NCBI RefSeq assembly: GCF_006345805.1 | Contig: NC_042999.1 | Location: forward strand, 76,384,001 to 76,448,000 | Reading direction: 5' to 3' | Source: Octopus sinensis | Taxonomy: Eukaryota | DNA: 64,000 nucleotides | Shown: piece after piece, positions 42,280-56,620 of the stretch | Layout of the letters: each line of letters begins with the position of its first letter | Numbering within the stretch: position 1 is the stretch's first letter | Notes under the pieces: model-generated | What the model was told of the DNA's origin: nothing | What the model saw: the letters and a program-made list of their open reading frames with translations, nothing else | Databases searched by the model: none | Program-made: the position numbers and the translations under genes

Positions 42280-43021
42280 CAAAACGTAATAATGTATATC
42301 ATGAGCTAAAACTAAAGCATTGTAGACGAATGAGATTGTTTCTACTGTTGTCAGATTTCGCTAGAAATTAATTCAGTGATATTTAATATTGATCAAAACT
42401 ACTTTGTTTCCATCTGTATGCACACACACACACACTACTTTTCTTTTTCTATCTTTATGCATACAAACACACACGCATACACACTCACTGCTTTCCATCT
42501 CTACCCATTACTATTCCTAAGACCTCCATCTCAAAATGCATTGTTTGCATTTTTCAGTAAATTTTAATTATCGATTCAACCGAAATAAAAAGCAAAATTT
42601 AAACAAACTGACATCGATATTTCTTTTCTGCTACATAACTCTCACTTAATATCGAGGTAAGTGAACATAATTGTCGTACAAAAGTAATTTATGAACTGCC
42701 AAATGCAAATGTACCTCACTCCTACACACACATGCACGCCCAAAACACGCACATGTATGTATGTACGTATGTATGTATGTGTGCATGTATGTATGTATGT
42801 ACGTATGTATCTGCTTTCTTCTATACGAACAAGCCATTGCTTCAAAGAATCATTGAATTGAGTCATTGATAACGCAAGGTGAGGCCCTTGTATCATTATT
42901 GATCCCCGCCAAAGATTTTCACATTTTATTACATAAGTACTGGCTGGCCGAAGGAGCCGGTGCCATAGTATGAAGTCTTTGACGTGTCTTTTTAATCGTT
43001 CAACTGAACAGCATACCTTGC

Positions 43022-43025
<4 letters not shown>

Positions 43026-43119
<94 letters not shown>

Positions 43120-43155
43120 GATAGATAGATAGATAGATAGATAGATGGATATAGA
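43026..43155. repeat. (TA)n(GATA)n microsatellite
   Basis: Direct sequence. Confidence 0.97.
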
Positions 43156-43659
43156 TATATGCGTGTTTGTGTGTGTGGTTATGTAATATCCATATATGTA
43201 TAATTAAATATAACTAGGATGTTAGAAATACAACCTAAAAAGCTGTATTGTTGTGGTTAAAACACGTAATTGTATACATAATTGTAACACTCTAACCATA
43301 TGTAGAGACAATTATAGTTTTCCTTTTTGGTAACACATTGCATAAAGCTTTCTACATTAATTTTTATACGCTCATACACACACACATATAAATTGTATAT
43401 ACCTAATATATAGTACATATGCATACATAAGGTGTTCGAACTAAATTTGGTGACTTTTTGTCTCCCCTTTTTTTCAGTAACAGCTTGATGCATTTGTGAG
43501 AAGTCAACAGTGTCGGAGAGCATAAAGATGAAAAATTTCGATTAATAAAATGTTTGCTGAAAATTGGTAAAGAGGTACCTGTAGCATGATGATTCGCGCT
43601 GAGTATAAAAGTTCGATGAAGGGATAGGCTAGAAGGAAGAAGGTGGATAGGAGTGAAGA

Positions 43660-44795
43660 GAGGAAGTAGGTGCCAGAGCAAGAGAGGAGAGGTAGGTGTG
43701 AGAGGAGAGGTAGGTGTGAGAGGAGAGGTAGGTGTGAGAGGAGAGAGGAGGAGGGTTAAATGAAGAGGGGAGGAGAGTTGAGCCCATGAGGGGCAAAGGA
43801 GCGAAGAGAGAAGATTAATCTCTGCTCATGGCGAAGACGGGAGTGCGGATGACGTCTGTGCAAGGATAATCCGAACACAAACAGGTGCTGTAGAGAGTGA
43901 CCGGCAGAACGGAAATAGCGCGATACCGGGGTGGCGTTGCCGAGTCGGATGTCTCGGAGGTGCTCCGCGAACCGGTCAGCAAGCGACGTCCAGTTTGACC
44001 GATGTATAGAGAAGGACAGAGAGAGCAAGAGATGCAGTAGATGACGTTGCTAGAAGTACAGGTAAAGGAGTCAGTAATATTATAGGGTCGATGATGGGTG
44101 CCTGTGAGGAGGGGGTGTTGGAGAGGTAATGGAAAGTGCAGCAGCGTTGGCGGGAGTTGGCGAACGAGCCGGATTGGGATGTTGGGTTAGGGAAGAAGCT
44201 GTGGACCAAGAGGTCTCGTAGGTTGTGGGCACGTTTGAAAGAGAGGCGGAGTCGGTTAGGGAAGATGTGCGAAGTGGAGGGATCGGACTGGAGACGCCGG
44301 AAAGTTCGCAGAATGGTGCACTGGAGAGGTAGGGTGGTAGGGTGGTAGGTGAGGGGAAACGGGAGACGGTTGACGGCGGGCGGGTGCTGGGTCCACGGAA
44401 CGTGCTCTGGCAAGGGCGGTGTGTATAGTGGTGAGGAGATGAAGTGGCGAACCATGAGTTGAGACTGAGTCTGAGAGTCATGGTTGTCACTGCAGACCCT
44501 GCATAGACGGGGGAATTGAGAATAGGGGATGGAAAGCTTGGTGTGTTTAGGGTGAGAGGAGGAGAAGTTGTGGTATAAGTGTGAGTCTATGTGTTTGTAG
44601 TGGATGGAGGTGGTGAGAGTGGAGTGATGAATGGTGACCGAAATGTCGAAAAAGACGACTGAGGCGTCGGAAATAGTGCAGGAGAAGTGGAGGGCAGGAT
44701 GAAAAGATTTGACAAAAGAGAGGAAAGAGTCTAGATGTTCGAGTGAGGTCACACCGATACAGTCGTCAATATAACGACCGTATAGTTCAGGACTG
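43660..44795 (-). mobile_element. 5'-truncated Penelope-like element: RT C-terminus plus GIY-YIG endonuclease, with a 20-bp tandem repeat in the 3' UTR
   Basis: YGRYIDDCIGV...FHPALHF...VFFDISV...YKHIDSHLY...SIPYSQF, then NVIYCISCSLCPSLYIGQTGRRL/ADRFAEHL...EQRLIFSLRSFAPHGLN. Unit gagaggagaggtaggtgtga x3 at ~43683-43742. Confidence 0.92.
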
Positions 44796-47700
44796 GGTTA
44801 TATATATATATTATAAATTTTCGCTGAAACTAATCCAATTTCAATTTCTTTATTTATGCAGTTCCTGTCCTGTACGTCAGTTGCATTTTTATGTCACATT
44901 ATCTTATTTTCCCCAGGTATATTTGTTTATTCCCAGGAATGTTTGTGTATATTATGTAAATTCATTCATAAGTTTGTTCCTGTTGCTATTGTTGCAGGTG
45001 TATCTCTTGTATTTTAGGCCTAACTCCTCTCTATGCCAGCAGACTGACCAATTGCATTCTAATTACTAGCTATGCCACCATATTTTCCAGCATTGTTTAC
45101 CTAGGTTTACATTAGTTAATGTATTCTTCTTTTTGAAGATAATAGTCTGTAAATTGAGCTATATTTAACTGCCTTTTACAATAAATCGAGTGATCACGTA
45201 ACGTTACTCAGATTGCGGTGGGAAACGAAAAATAGTGTCAATGGCAAATTATTTTTTCCCATATAAACTACTGACGATCGACATGTTTGTTGTAAAGATA
45301 CACCACAATAGCTTGTACTTCCTCAAAGTCTATAAAAGGAGTACTAGAATTGGAGCCGAATTCAAATGATACTTCTTTACTGTTGTGTTGCCTTGTACAA
45401 CGAGCTGCGTGATGTTTGCAGAGGATAGTTTCCAAAGCGCCGAAATAAGGAAACGCAAAACTGAAACAGGGAATAAAATCTAAATGAATAACACCAAATG
45501 AAAACAACAAAAATAGATTACTAGAAGCGCCTCCTCGAGAGAAAGATTATGCTTCTACTCAAGCAAGAATTAAGTTGTTGATGAAGAGAATGGCAAACTA
45601 AGATTCACCGTTATTCGAAGATCGATCCAGAAGGACTTTAGATAATCCCATATCAATGGTGCATGGAGATTGACTATTGAAACGCATTTGGGTTTAGAAT
45701 ATAAGGCACACTTGAAGGACAGGAAGCGATTTAAAACAATACAAACGTATTACACAGCTTATTATCCATCCATCCAAAAAATGTTAGGAACACACTCGGG
45801 TCAACAAAGCTTCATGGGCTCGCGAAGAAACACCAAGAATATTCTAACTTGATCCAGTAAGTAGATTCTTAGCCGCATGTGGGCCAGAACCTAACAAGAT
45901 TTGGATGTATTATTTCGTTTTGAATTTAAGCATATCTTGCTTAATCATTGCATTCTTTAATATACATTTTCATGCATTTGTGATTTTGTGTAAATGTTAG
46001 TAATTTTTATAATTAGTTATCTTGCCCCTTTAATTTTAAAACCTCTTCCAAATTTCTCCTCGACTACATACAACTTTTCTTTCACTCTCTACATGTATCT
46101 GTAATCAGCTTGTTTCATCTGCACCGTTTTTTCTATATTCTTTCGAGCCCTGGTGGCTTGTAGAGTAAGAATTATTGACTTTGCTTTTCATCATATGAGG
46201 AACGTTAAAATAAAGTACAAAGCAACTATTGGAATCCACTACACTTTCTCCGAATGTCGGCCTTGTGACAAAATTTAAAACAATTTTTTTATTATTATTA
46301 TTTAGTAGTATTGTAACTAAGTTAACTAACACACACACAGATACATACACACACGCGCGCACATGTACACACATATATACATATATATCGATTTCTTCTT
46401 ATGAATTAAGCATATCAAATGAAACAACCCACCTTTAGAAGTCTAGATATTAAATAAATATTGGAGAAATATATGCCCACTAGCCATTGTTCTACCATAT
46501 AAGTTTAATGAACAGGTAAGCATATACTATAATTGGCCAATGACAAAGGTTCGATTCTTATTTAAATCGATTTCATTTTTGTATGCCACAAGCGCTTTTG
46601 GAAGGAAAAAATGCGTGGTAACTTCTCATGTAGTCTTCTTCCATGATATCGGAGCTTTTCCTCTTACTAAATGTAATCAATAGAAATAATGATTCATTTA
46701 ATGTAGAAAATATTGTGAGATAATATTCTGAGTAATATATTCTATGATATAATTTGATTTCAAACTGAAGATATTTATTTAAGATATAAAGGGAACAATA
46801 ACCCATTGTCCACTTCCAAGAAAATATGCATAATTCTCATGCCTACTCAGACAGAACTCAATAACTGGTGTTATTCTTTAGCTCCATATTAGTCATGATC
46901 AAGGAGAATACATGATCAAAGGTGTTCCAGCCGTAAGGATCAATTTCTTTTTATTTCGTTTCTTTTATCAAGTATAGTGTATATGAAATTGCATTATCCA
47001 ATATGTCCTTTTTCACAAGCTCTGAGGGAAATTTTGCTTCTATACTTTACCAGGCTGTACAATCCAATAATAGTTACTACATTCCATTAAGCACCGTTGA
47101 TTTGGGAAATTTTTCAAAAAACTTACACTCCCCAAACCATTCCGAATCACTTATGACGTTAATGCTTTTCAGATAAGTATAGACGAACGTGACCCTATAT
47201 CCAGATAAGAATATGAACTTCTGTCTACTGCATAACAGAGCTTCAAGCATATTCGTTTCTCATTTTGCTTTACAACGATTATTATACGAAAATATAAAAC
47301 GTAGACCGCAAAACGAAGTCAATGAAATCCGTACTAGTAATTATTATGGGCTGAAACTGTTAGATACGCCCCTACGCATTACTAGAAAGGCTTTTGCGCC
47401 TATGGAAGAAATCAATAGGCTGGGTTGTACATTGACTGGGTGTGGTTGATGCATAATAAAAGCTTCCACACACACACAGTCTCCCTTTCTCTTTCTCGCA
47501 CTCTCTCACATTCGGTCTTTCTCACTCACTCTCTCATACTCACGCAGTTTCTCTCTCTCTCTCTCTCTCTCTCTCTTGCTGAAATGTTCATATTTCGGAT
47601 CGATACCAAAGAATTGTATTTTCTATAAAGGGGAAGTAACAACGTAATTCTTGCTCAAGTGCCTGACCAATATCAAAGCAGCTGTTCAGTTTCCTTCAAT

Positions 47701-48489
47701 TGTAATACTTGAATAAAGAAGTATTTTGTTCTAATACACAATAAAAGAATACAGAAAAGTCTATTTGAGTTGATAATATTATAACAATAACCAAGGCAGA
47801 CGATTTATTACCTTTTCTTTATTTTCTTTCTTTGATTCACGATAAGACTACGAAAAATCACGATAGATTGAATTAAAACTGGCGTAATGTTTTACGCAGA
47901 CACACATAAATAGATATGTATCTATACACGCATGCCACGTACATGCAAAGTGCATATGCACACATACACACAGATAAAAATGGTAGATAGATAAATATCA
48001 GTGTATATCTATCTATTCTGAAATTTATAGTCTCTTTAATCTAGCCTCTCATTTTCTTTCTGCCCACATCTCTCCCTCTCTTTTTCACCCCCGCTCTTTC
48101 TCCCATCCGGTCTTTTCCCATTACCAAGATATCTAAAGGAAGTCATAAGAATACCAGCTTTTTTAATGGCAGAGTAAAGGTGAACAAGTGCACTGAGCAT
48201 ATTAAACATTCAAAACAGTTGACTATGCATTTGTAGGTAGGGAGGCCAATGAACCTTGCTTTTACTCTAAACATATTACATGTTTAAAGAGCAGGTATGG
48301 AAGCTTAGAGAATCCGTTTGATCGATTACATTGCACAAACCAAGTTAACGAATAGAAGATTGGCTGCTATTCTCGTATCAAATACTGTTTTAACGAAATA
48401 CATGCGCGCGTGCATATATACATGGCGGCTACGTACCCACTTTTTGACCCTATACGTAAGTATATTACTCTCTAACATTGGTACGACTC

Positions 48490-49200
48490 TACTACACTGT
48501 CTCTTCCCCCCCCCCTCTCCTAAATTTCTCTGTCTTCACCCTTTGCACTCCCCTTGATCTGTATCTTTCCCTCTCTTTCTTCTCCTCCCTTGTTCCCCTT
48601 CTTTCTTTCTCTCTTCCTCCGTCCCCCCTCTCCCACATTTCTTTGCCTCTCACACCTTACACCCCACTTGACCTGTCTCTTTCCCTCTCTTTCTTCTCCT
48701 CCCTTGTTCCCCTTCTTTCTCACTTCATCTGTCCCTTTCTCCTCTCTTTTGTGCTCACGTGACCAGCCAGCGACTACTGCCTTTTCGCATCCAGTAGCCA
48801 TTATGGTAATACGTATTTGTTTGTTCTCCGTTGCCTTAAGTCACTCTTCCATAGCCAGCCCTAAACTTAACTCGTCATGTCGAAAAGACGCTTGTCCTGA
48901 CGTCCTGGTTTTGTTATTATTGTTTTTACGTATTTTGTATTATTATTCGTGCTATCATTATTGTTTTTACGTATTTTTGTATTTTTATTCGTGTAACATC
49001 GTCCGTTTTCCGTCCCTGTGTTGTATACTTTCGAGGCTTTCTTCCAAGGAATCTAATGCGCTTGGCTTAGATTTCCCTTGGGGGCTGCCCAGATCGGAGC
49101 AATCTCAAGATTAATCAGCCGAAATTGCGAAGATGATCCGGTTCTTGACTGATGACTGAGGGCTTCGAAGGTCCCGTCCGTGTTTTTTGTGTCGTCTTCT
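48490..49200 (+). mobile_element. Probable retroelement 3' UTR / pseudo-LTR segment (possibly Penelope-family)
   Basis: CT-rich ~113-bp direct repeat (ctctcacacct-like, as in the 43.7-kb element), then a structured tract with hairpin ccaaggaatctaa...ttagatttcccttgg. Family assignment is inference. Confidence 0.4.
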
Positions 49201-49570
49201 AAAATGTTTCAAGTTCTTGTCCCAGTTTGTATATTTTTCTTCACTTTTACATATATATATATATATATTATATATATATATATAACAAAGTAAAGTTGTA
49301 AAATACCGCACGATGGAAATATATTTGAGAGAAGGTTTGAAAGATGTTTATTCACTTGACGGGTTTCACTTTTTTAGAGAAAGTTGTCAAAAGTAAAATG
49401 TAAAGCTTTGTATAAGCTTTGTGGTGTTAAGTACTGGTTGTCACAAAAGTATTAAAATACATATATACATTCTTTGATAGTAATAAGAAAATATTAACAA
49501 AAATGTATGAGGAGTTCAATAAAAATCATGTTTGTTTGGTAGTATATATATATACTTAGAAGGAAATATA

Positions 49571-49981
49571 CTCTTTACTCTTTTACTTGTTTCAGTCATT
49601 TGACTGCGGCCATGCTGGAGCACCTCCTTTAGTCGAGCAAATCGACCCCGGGAGTTATACTTTGTAAGCCCAGTACTTAGCGGTTCGGCAAAAGAGACCG
49701 ATAGACTAAGTGACGGGGACGTAAACACACCAGCATCGGTTGTCAAGCAATGCTAGGGGAACAAACACAGACACACAAACATATACACACACATACATAT
49801 ATATATATACATATATACGACAGGCTTCTTTCAGTTTCCGTCTACCAAATCCACTCACAAGGCATTGGTCGGCCCGAGGCTATAGCAGAAGACACTTGCC
49901 CAAGATGCCACGCAGTGGGACTGAACCCGGAACCATGTGGTTGGCAAGCAAGCTACTTATCACACAGTCACTCCAGCGCCT
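49571..49981 (-). mobile_element. SINE family B, full length, with an internal 37-bp inversion
   Basis: Collinear with 12593-13001 except that 49675-49711 is reversed. Confidence 0.9.
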
Positions 49982-50069
49982 ATGTTTAAGAATTTACAAA
50001 AAAAGGGAGAGAAACATATACACACACCATCCTACCAAATATAAAACACACACAGACCCATATACACAC

Positions 50070-50760
50070 GCCAAAACGTTTTCCGTAAGTGAAATGAGGA
50101 CGTGCATTTTCATGTTGGCGAAGAAATGGAAGCCTGCAGGTGCTAAGTCTAGCGAATAGGGACGGTGTGAAAGCGACACCATGTTGTTTTGGGTGAGAAA
50201 CTCACGAGTGAAGAGACATCGGTGACAGGGTGCTTTGACGGTGTGAAGAATCCAGTTTTTGCGCGCGCCGAATATCCTCCTCGAAAGGCTTCAAAACATC
50301 GATGATTGTCCTTCGACGATCCTCATGCACAACCTGATGAATTTTCTCCACATTGCCCTGTAGTCATGGTCGGTCGTCCAGATCGCTCATCGTCTTCCAG
50401 GGCCATTCTTCAGCTTTTGAAGCACCCGCGTCACTTGAAGCATTGCGTACGACCCATTGCTTCGTCGCTGTTAGCCTGCCAAAGTACGCTCAATGTCTCT
50501 GTAGCAGACTTCCCACGTTTAACGCAAAATTTCACGTTTGCCCTTTGTCCCACTCCCAGTCCATTACAAAAATTGCAGACTGCAGCAAACACGTTATCAC
50601 AAAAACACAAATTTCACTATCTGCGAAGTAAACACAGTGATGTCACTCGGCACGTTGCCTCATGCAGGTCACTGCTAGCACTCATTGCGCATGCAACCGT
50701 GTTCTGCCATCTGTTGGCGCGCATCAGAACTAGTTCGGGGAAGTTTTGATGCCATTTAAA
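50070..50760 (-). mobile_element. Internally deleted mariner element
   Basis: QRANVKFCVKRGKSATETL...LEDDERSGRPT...NVEKIHQVVHEDRRRTI, then HRPYSLDLAPAGFHFF (YSPDLAP motif). Confidence 0.9.
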
Positions 50761-51389
50761 TAGTAAAGCACCAAAGTTGAGTTTGGTGATATTGCTAGTG
50801 TACAAACAATATTTGAAGTAAAAACACGTACTCGTCTACGTAGTATATTCACTCGCTGACCGAATTTTCGTAGGTAGAGTCAAAATGGTTCATTGTACTT
50901 GTTATTGAGATTTTTAAAAATGTTTAATTCTTACAAGTATTCACCCGATGAAAATTGTTTTTTGCATGATGTAACATCAATAAAAATTACGTCTGAAACA
51001 GCTGCCGTGAACCACAATCCATCTGTTGTTGTCTGTATATACGTGTGTGTGTGTGTGTGTGGTGTGTGTGTGTGTGTGTGTGTGTGAAGGTACCGAAATG
51101 AAAATAGTTGAATGAATTTAAAAATACTTAAGAAAAGGTGACTCGAAACAGCATTTCCAGTAGGAAAGGCGGAAAAAGGAGACAAGCATATCTGTAGGCC
51201 AGATATTGGAATGTGTCCCTGAACAAATTCACGCAAATAAATTGAATGTACTATCTTCCCATGTGACGGAGAGCATCTGTGTGTACCAGCGCCGTTCTAA
51301 ATGCTAATATAGTAATGTACTGTGGGTTCTTCTCGAGTTCGCTATATGCAGTGAAATAAAGTGAGATATTTTGTTTTATTTTTCTTTTG

Positions 51390-52070
51390 ACCTGAGTGCA
51401 ATAATTATGTTTTTTTTTTATTGTTGGAGATCAGCTTGACAAGATTCCATTGCAGTACGTTTTCAAGGGATGTTCATAACTTCAACGTAAATTTGAAGTC
51501 AATTTGACATAAAGGGTGGATTGAAGGGTAATATCATTTGCGAAGAAGTGTTGTTGAAGGTAGAGATAATTAAGTCGAGAGTCTATTGTAGAAAGTATAT
51601 AAGAAATAGAACTGAACCCACAGGTGCATCAGTGTGAGAGCTCCAAAAGTACACGCCTCGATAGTAACAAGAAGTAAAATGTACAAACAATGAAAACAGA
51701 TGGGATGCAAAAGCGAGCAGTTTTGTCAAGCGATTTGGGTGCCAGGGGCGCTGGAAAATTTTGACGGTATTATGAGGGACATTATGGCATCCGCCCAATT
51801 TCTTAAGGGCACCAGTCTTCTGGTGAGTAACATAGAAGAAATCTTGCAAATACGACCTTACGAAAGACCTGCTGGTGTTCAAGATGGGTAAGAAATTCAA
51901 AGTGCTGGAGATTGTTGATAATGGATATCGCCATGATTTCTGCGATGTTTGAAGCGAGTAGAATAGAACGATATTCGGTAGGGTCAAAGGTCTTCATCCC
52001 TTCTCCTTGAGAACGCGTCACATTGTGGCTAGTTTCTAACGATCGGAAGAAATCCCCGGAGAGAGAGAAG
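51390..52070 (-). mobile_element. Decayed LINE reverse transcriptase (CR1/Jockey-type)
   Basis: DPTEYRSILLAS...ALKKLGGCH...KIFQRPWHPN.LTKLLAF...APVGSVLFLIY...FANDITL...LENVLQW collinear with the NYRPISL / AFDRVWH / GVPQGSVL / FADD motifs. Confidence 0.75.
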
Positions 52071-53048
52071 TACAAAGCGGCAAAAAATATAGAAAAGGTT
52101 AATAAGGAACTAATTCTGGGACGCATAATTTCAAGATATTAGAAAGGACACTTTCTTAACTGAGAACCCTGTTAAGCTTCTTATGAGGTCAACATATATA
52201 AGTGTGCGCGCGCGAGTATGCCAATGCGTATGTGTGTGTGTGCGCGCGAGCACCTGTGTGTATGTGTGTGTGAATGCATTTAGCTATTTGTATAAGTAAC
52301 CAGTGTAAATTGATCTGCAGAGTATATATTATCAACCACCACTCATTATTTTATAGCCATTTAGTACCTAAATAGATGCTTAAAAATATATACACATACA
52401 CACATATGCAGGAGTGAGTAGTGTACATTGATCTATGTGGTATATGTTCACAAACCCACACACATATGAATGTATGAACTAGTTTTAAGTGTTTGTATGA
52501 ATACGAGGGAATATTTATAGATCTCTATACGTATGTGATTGTGTGTGTGTGTGTGTGTGTGGTGTGTGTGTGTGTGTGTGTAAGTAACACATTAAACAAC
52601 AAAATAAACCTAAATGCATCTAAAAAATGCTTTTAAAGAGGCATTCTAATTTTTAGTTTTCTTATTCACTTAATAAAATCTTGAAAAATTATTTTTCTGA
52701 ATGCATTACCCACTTACACGATATCAATTATGTAGCATATTTTGATAGTGGCGTTGTTGAAGTGACAAGCAGTGTTTCATTCGATCGATAAGCTGAACAT
52801 TGATTAAGATTTTCTTATCTGCTTTACCATTTTTAAAAAACTTTCAGTTGTATATAATCTACAGTTTCTTCAGTAATACATATTTTTTTCATGCAAAAAT
52901 TACACTTTCAATATTGTTTTTCGCACGTATAGAATTTTAGTAGATTGGAATGTAGAGAATTAGCACTGTGATTGGTTTACTAGTTATATATTACTTTCGC
53001 CTGGGAGTCTACACAGATGCGGTGATGATAGAATTATAACTAGAATAA

Positions 53049-53149
53049 AATGTGGAACACAAAAACAAAACTGATAATGGTGCACTTCGCACTAGTCTAA
53101 TGTGGAACGCAGAAAAAAAAATTGATAATGGTGTACTTGGTATTAGTCT
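53049..53149. repeat. Diverged ~50-bp tandem duplication (aatgtggaac...gataatggtg.actt....tagtct x2)
   Basis: Direct sequence. Confidence 0.85.
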
Positions 53150-55341
53150 ACAGGAGAGTTCATAGAGAATTAGTGATGTTAAGTTGCCTTGAGGACGAAA
53201 GAACCTAATGTTTAACGTCCTTGATCATTAACTGATAGGAAAACAGGAAGATCAAAGTTATTGCTTTTGTTTCAAGCATAGAAGACATCTAACACCTTGT
53301 ATAGATTTTGACATGAGTGTATTTTATTATCTATATCTCAAACGAATTTTGATATAAATCTGATCAATCTACTAACAGATTACAGTTTGAAACGATAGTG
53401 TGAATTTAATGACATAGTTATTAGAACACATACACACATATGAATGCGCGCGCATATCTACACACGGTGATGGAACTTTCTGTTGATTTCAGTAGGCATA
53501 TGCTCCAGGTGTTCAGCAAATGGTCAGTCTACTCATTGGAACTCATTGAATTTCAGTGTAAGGAGACGTACTTTCCCTAGTCCTATGTATGCTTAATGTA
53601 ACACTCAGCTAAACTCAAAGTCACGCAAAGTAACAAGGCTTGTTCACACGTATGATCCACGCAATGTTGTGCCAAAAAGTCCTTACCTCATTTCAGCTGA
53701 AAACTTAGGTTAACTTACAACTGACAACTTCAAATTCCTCTTCCATCCTTACAGTATATGAGCGTATGTGAGCGTCTATACAAGCGTGTGTGAACGTGTG
53801 CGGGTCTACCCGAAAGTGCATGTGGGTAGACATGATCACGATATCCTTTGTGACCACCCAGTAACACTCCGCTCCCATGCACTTTATCTTCTCACTTATT
53901 CCCTCCTCTATTCACCTATAATAACGAGATCCTACTGAATTTGCATGCTGCTATGCAATTTGTTTATGCTATAATCTTTTGATAATGCTGAATCAAGGAC
54001 CAACTTGCTTATAATAAAATCAATCTGCTTACTGTAACATGTATGCATTATATACGGCATAAAATATCAGTAACATTTTTTGTGTCCATTATGTGCGCGC
54101 GCGCATGTGTGTGTGTGTGTGCATGTGTGTGTATGTGTGTGTGTTCGTGTGTATGTGTGTGTTTGTGTGCGTGTGTGTGTTCGTGCGCGTGCGTGTATGT
54201 GTGTGTAATTATGTATGTATGCACATATATCATTTTGGTCGAATCAGTCTCTTGCTATTCTGGTTTTGTCTGTGAGTGCACAGTCATCAGAGAAATTGCT
54301 TCATATATCCATACATACATGAACACACACACACACACATATGTGGGTTGATAGACATATAGAAGGAAAACTATAAGAAGATCATAAGTTAATGTGGGGA
54401 GGAAAAAAAGCGAAAAATATATGAAGTTATAGTGGCAGAATTATGATATGAGAATATGCTCAATGAAACTATATATGTATAATAATGAAGCAGAAGGGGA
54501 TTTATCGCTTCGAGTTACTTTTTATCAAAGCATAGAAAAAGGATTAAATAGGAACAATACCAAATTTATAACTGGCTACGATGCAGGTTTTATACCTGTA
54601 TTATATACATATCTATGTAGTCTGTACGTATATATCCATGCCTGTATACATGTATCTCTTTCCCTCTCTCGGTCTGTCTGCATCTCTCTTCATATAAATA
54701 TATACACACAAATACATAGAGTAGTGGTGGTGATGGGATCCAAGATAGATTTATTGCAGTTGAACCCTTATAGAAAAACCTTCTGGGTTCAAGTTAAGCC
54801 TTTCTTTTATAGTCATGATTTCATCATTATAAACTACTTTTTTTTTCCGGCTATAACATGTTCGTTCCTAACATTTACCACCTCCCGGCGATTTAATGCC
54901 TTACTCCATAGCTTTTTTTTTTCTAGTCATACTTGGCCATTCACCTGTGATGAACACTGATGTCAAGCGAAAGCTTTACACTTATATGTTTACGTGATGA
55001 ATTTATGTTTCACAGAGCAAGTAATTCTTTTGTTGTCTAATATTTATTTTCCCAGAGAGAAAACTAACCGTAGCCGTTGGAATCTATTTCTGGGTGCATT
55101 TTACGAGTATTTGGGAAGATTTAAAATATAGCAATAAAATATTTCATCACGCCTCTCCTACATTATAGGCTTTCCATTATGTAACATGTTACACATCGCA
55201 TGTATTTTTTTTTTTTTTACATTTATGGTATCCCAGTGTTATTGTTGTTTTTCTCCTTAGGTTGGACCTGAATCATCAGTTTTATGTTCAAAGACATATT
55301 TCATCCGTATCCAACCAGCTATACACACACACACACACACA

Positions 55342-55372
<31 letters not shown>

Positions 55373-55615
55373 TATACATTCAGGAAGACATTATTTAATG
55401 TTTCTTTCATTTTTAAAATAGTGTGTGATATGAGGGATGTTCGGTTGATATTTCTAGCCGGTCTTAGCGATGACAAAAAAATTTTGTATTAACATAGTTA
55501 ACGATGTTTTTCTTGCCAATGTTGTTGTCTTATTCCTTTTCACAGAACAGCACTGGTTGAACAGCCCTGTGATCATCAGCCATAACCATCCCGTCTATCT
55601 GCATATTTAGAGCTA

Positions 55616-55664
<49 letters not shown>

Positions 55665-56227
55665 TAAATATTTTGAAAAAATCTCGGTATAACGGATACT
55701 GAAATTTTCAGCTTCAGAAAATAACTGTACTTGAGTTTGCTTTGGTATTCGAGAACTATTTTCTCCACATTATTTTACTCTTGTGTGTACCCCCACCACC
55801 ACCACACACACACACATACACACACACATACACACATATCCATCAAATTATAAGCCATCAACTCATGAAATGATGCGTCATAAAAAAAACAAATGTGTGC
55901 ATGAACAATATGTATATACATATTGTTCTTGCACACATGCACATACACACTCACAGAGATTTGCATGTGTATGTATGTGTGTCTGTGTGTTTGTGTGTGT
56001 GTGTGTGTGCACGTGTGACTGAATGAATATATATATATATATATATTTATGACGCATCAAATCAGGAACATTCCGTCATTGAGATGGATAGATTGTTACA
56101 TCACACAGCCAACAGGTATTATTCCTTTGTCTCACTGCCACCTCACCTCAACTAACACGTCCTTAACAGAACCGCCACCGGCAAAAGCATCGTAGCTGTA
56201 GTAGTCGTCGTTGTTGAATGAGACCCC

Positions 56228-56551
56228 GTCATCGTTTTCATCATCATCATCATCATAATTATCATCGGTCATCGTCATCATCATCATCATCATCATCACA
56301 TTTCAACGGTATCATTAATGATGCTGATGTTCTTGTTATTTCTCCGTCTCATCGTAACTCTTGTCGGCAATTTTTTGGTGTTGTTGCTGTTGCTGTTGAT
56401 GTCGACGACGATGAGGACAAGGATCAATATGATAATGCCAATGCTGATGATGATGATGCTGATGCAATGCTAATGCTGAAGCTAATGATGCTTTGTGATA
56501 TTAATGCTGTTGTTGCCGATCAGTTTGTTTTTTGCTTTATTATTATTATTA

Positions 56552-56599
<48 letters not shown>

Positions 56600-56620
56600 T
56601 TTATTTTTATTATTATTTAT
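56228..56620. repeat. Degenerate trinucleotide tracts (CAT/GAT/TAT)
   Basis: Direct sequence. Source of the poly-H/S/D/Y ORF 56218..56718. Confidence 0.9.

Noticed and set aside
45250-45900. Complex sequence with protein-like frames
   Set aside because: Only weak, inconsistent resemblance to transposase or LINE motifs. Could not be assigned without a search.
49148-49180. CTGATGA...CGAA hammerhead-like motif
   Set aside because: GAAG instead of GAAA, and no complementary helix I or III.
50306-50749. 147-aa plus-strand ORF
   Set aside because: Antisense to the mariner transposase on the minus strand.
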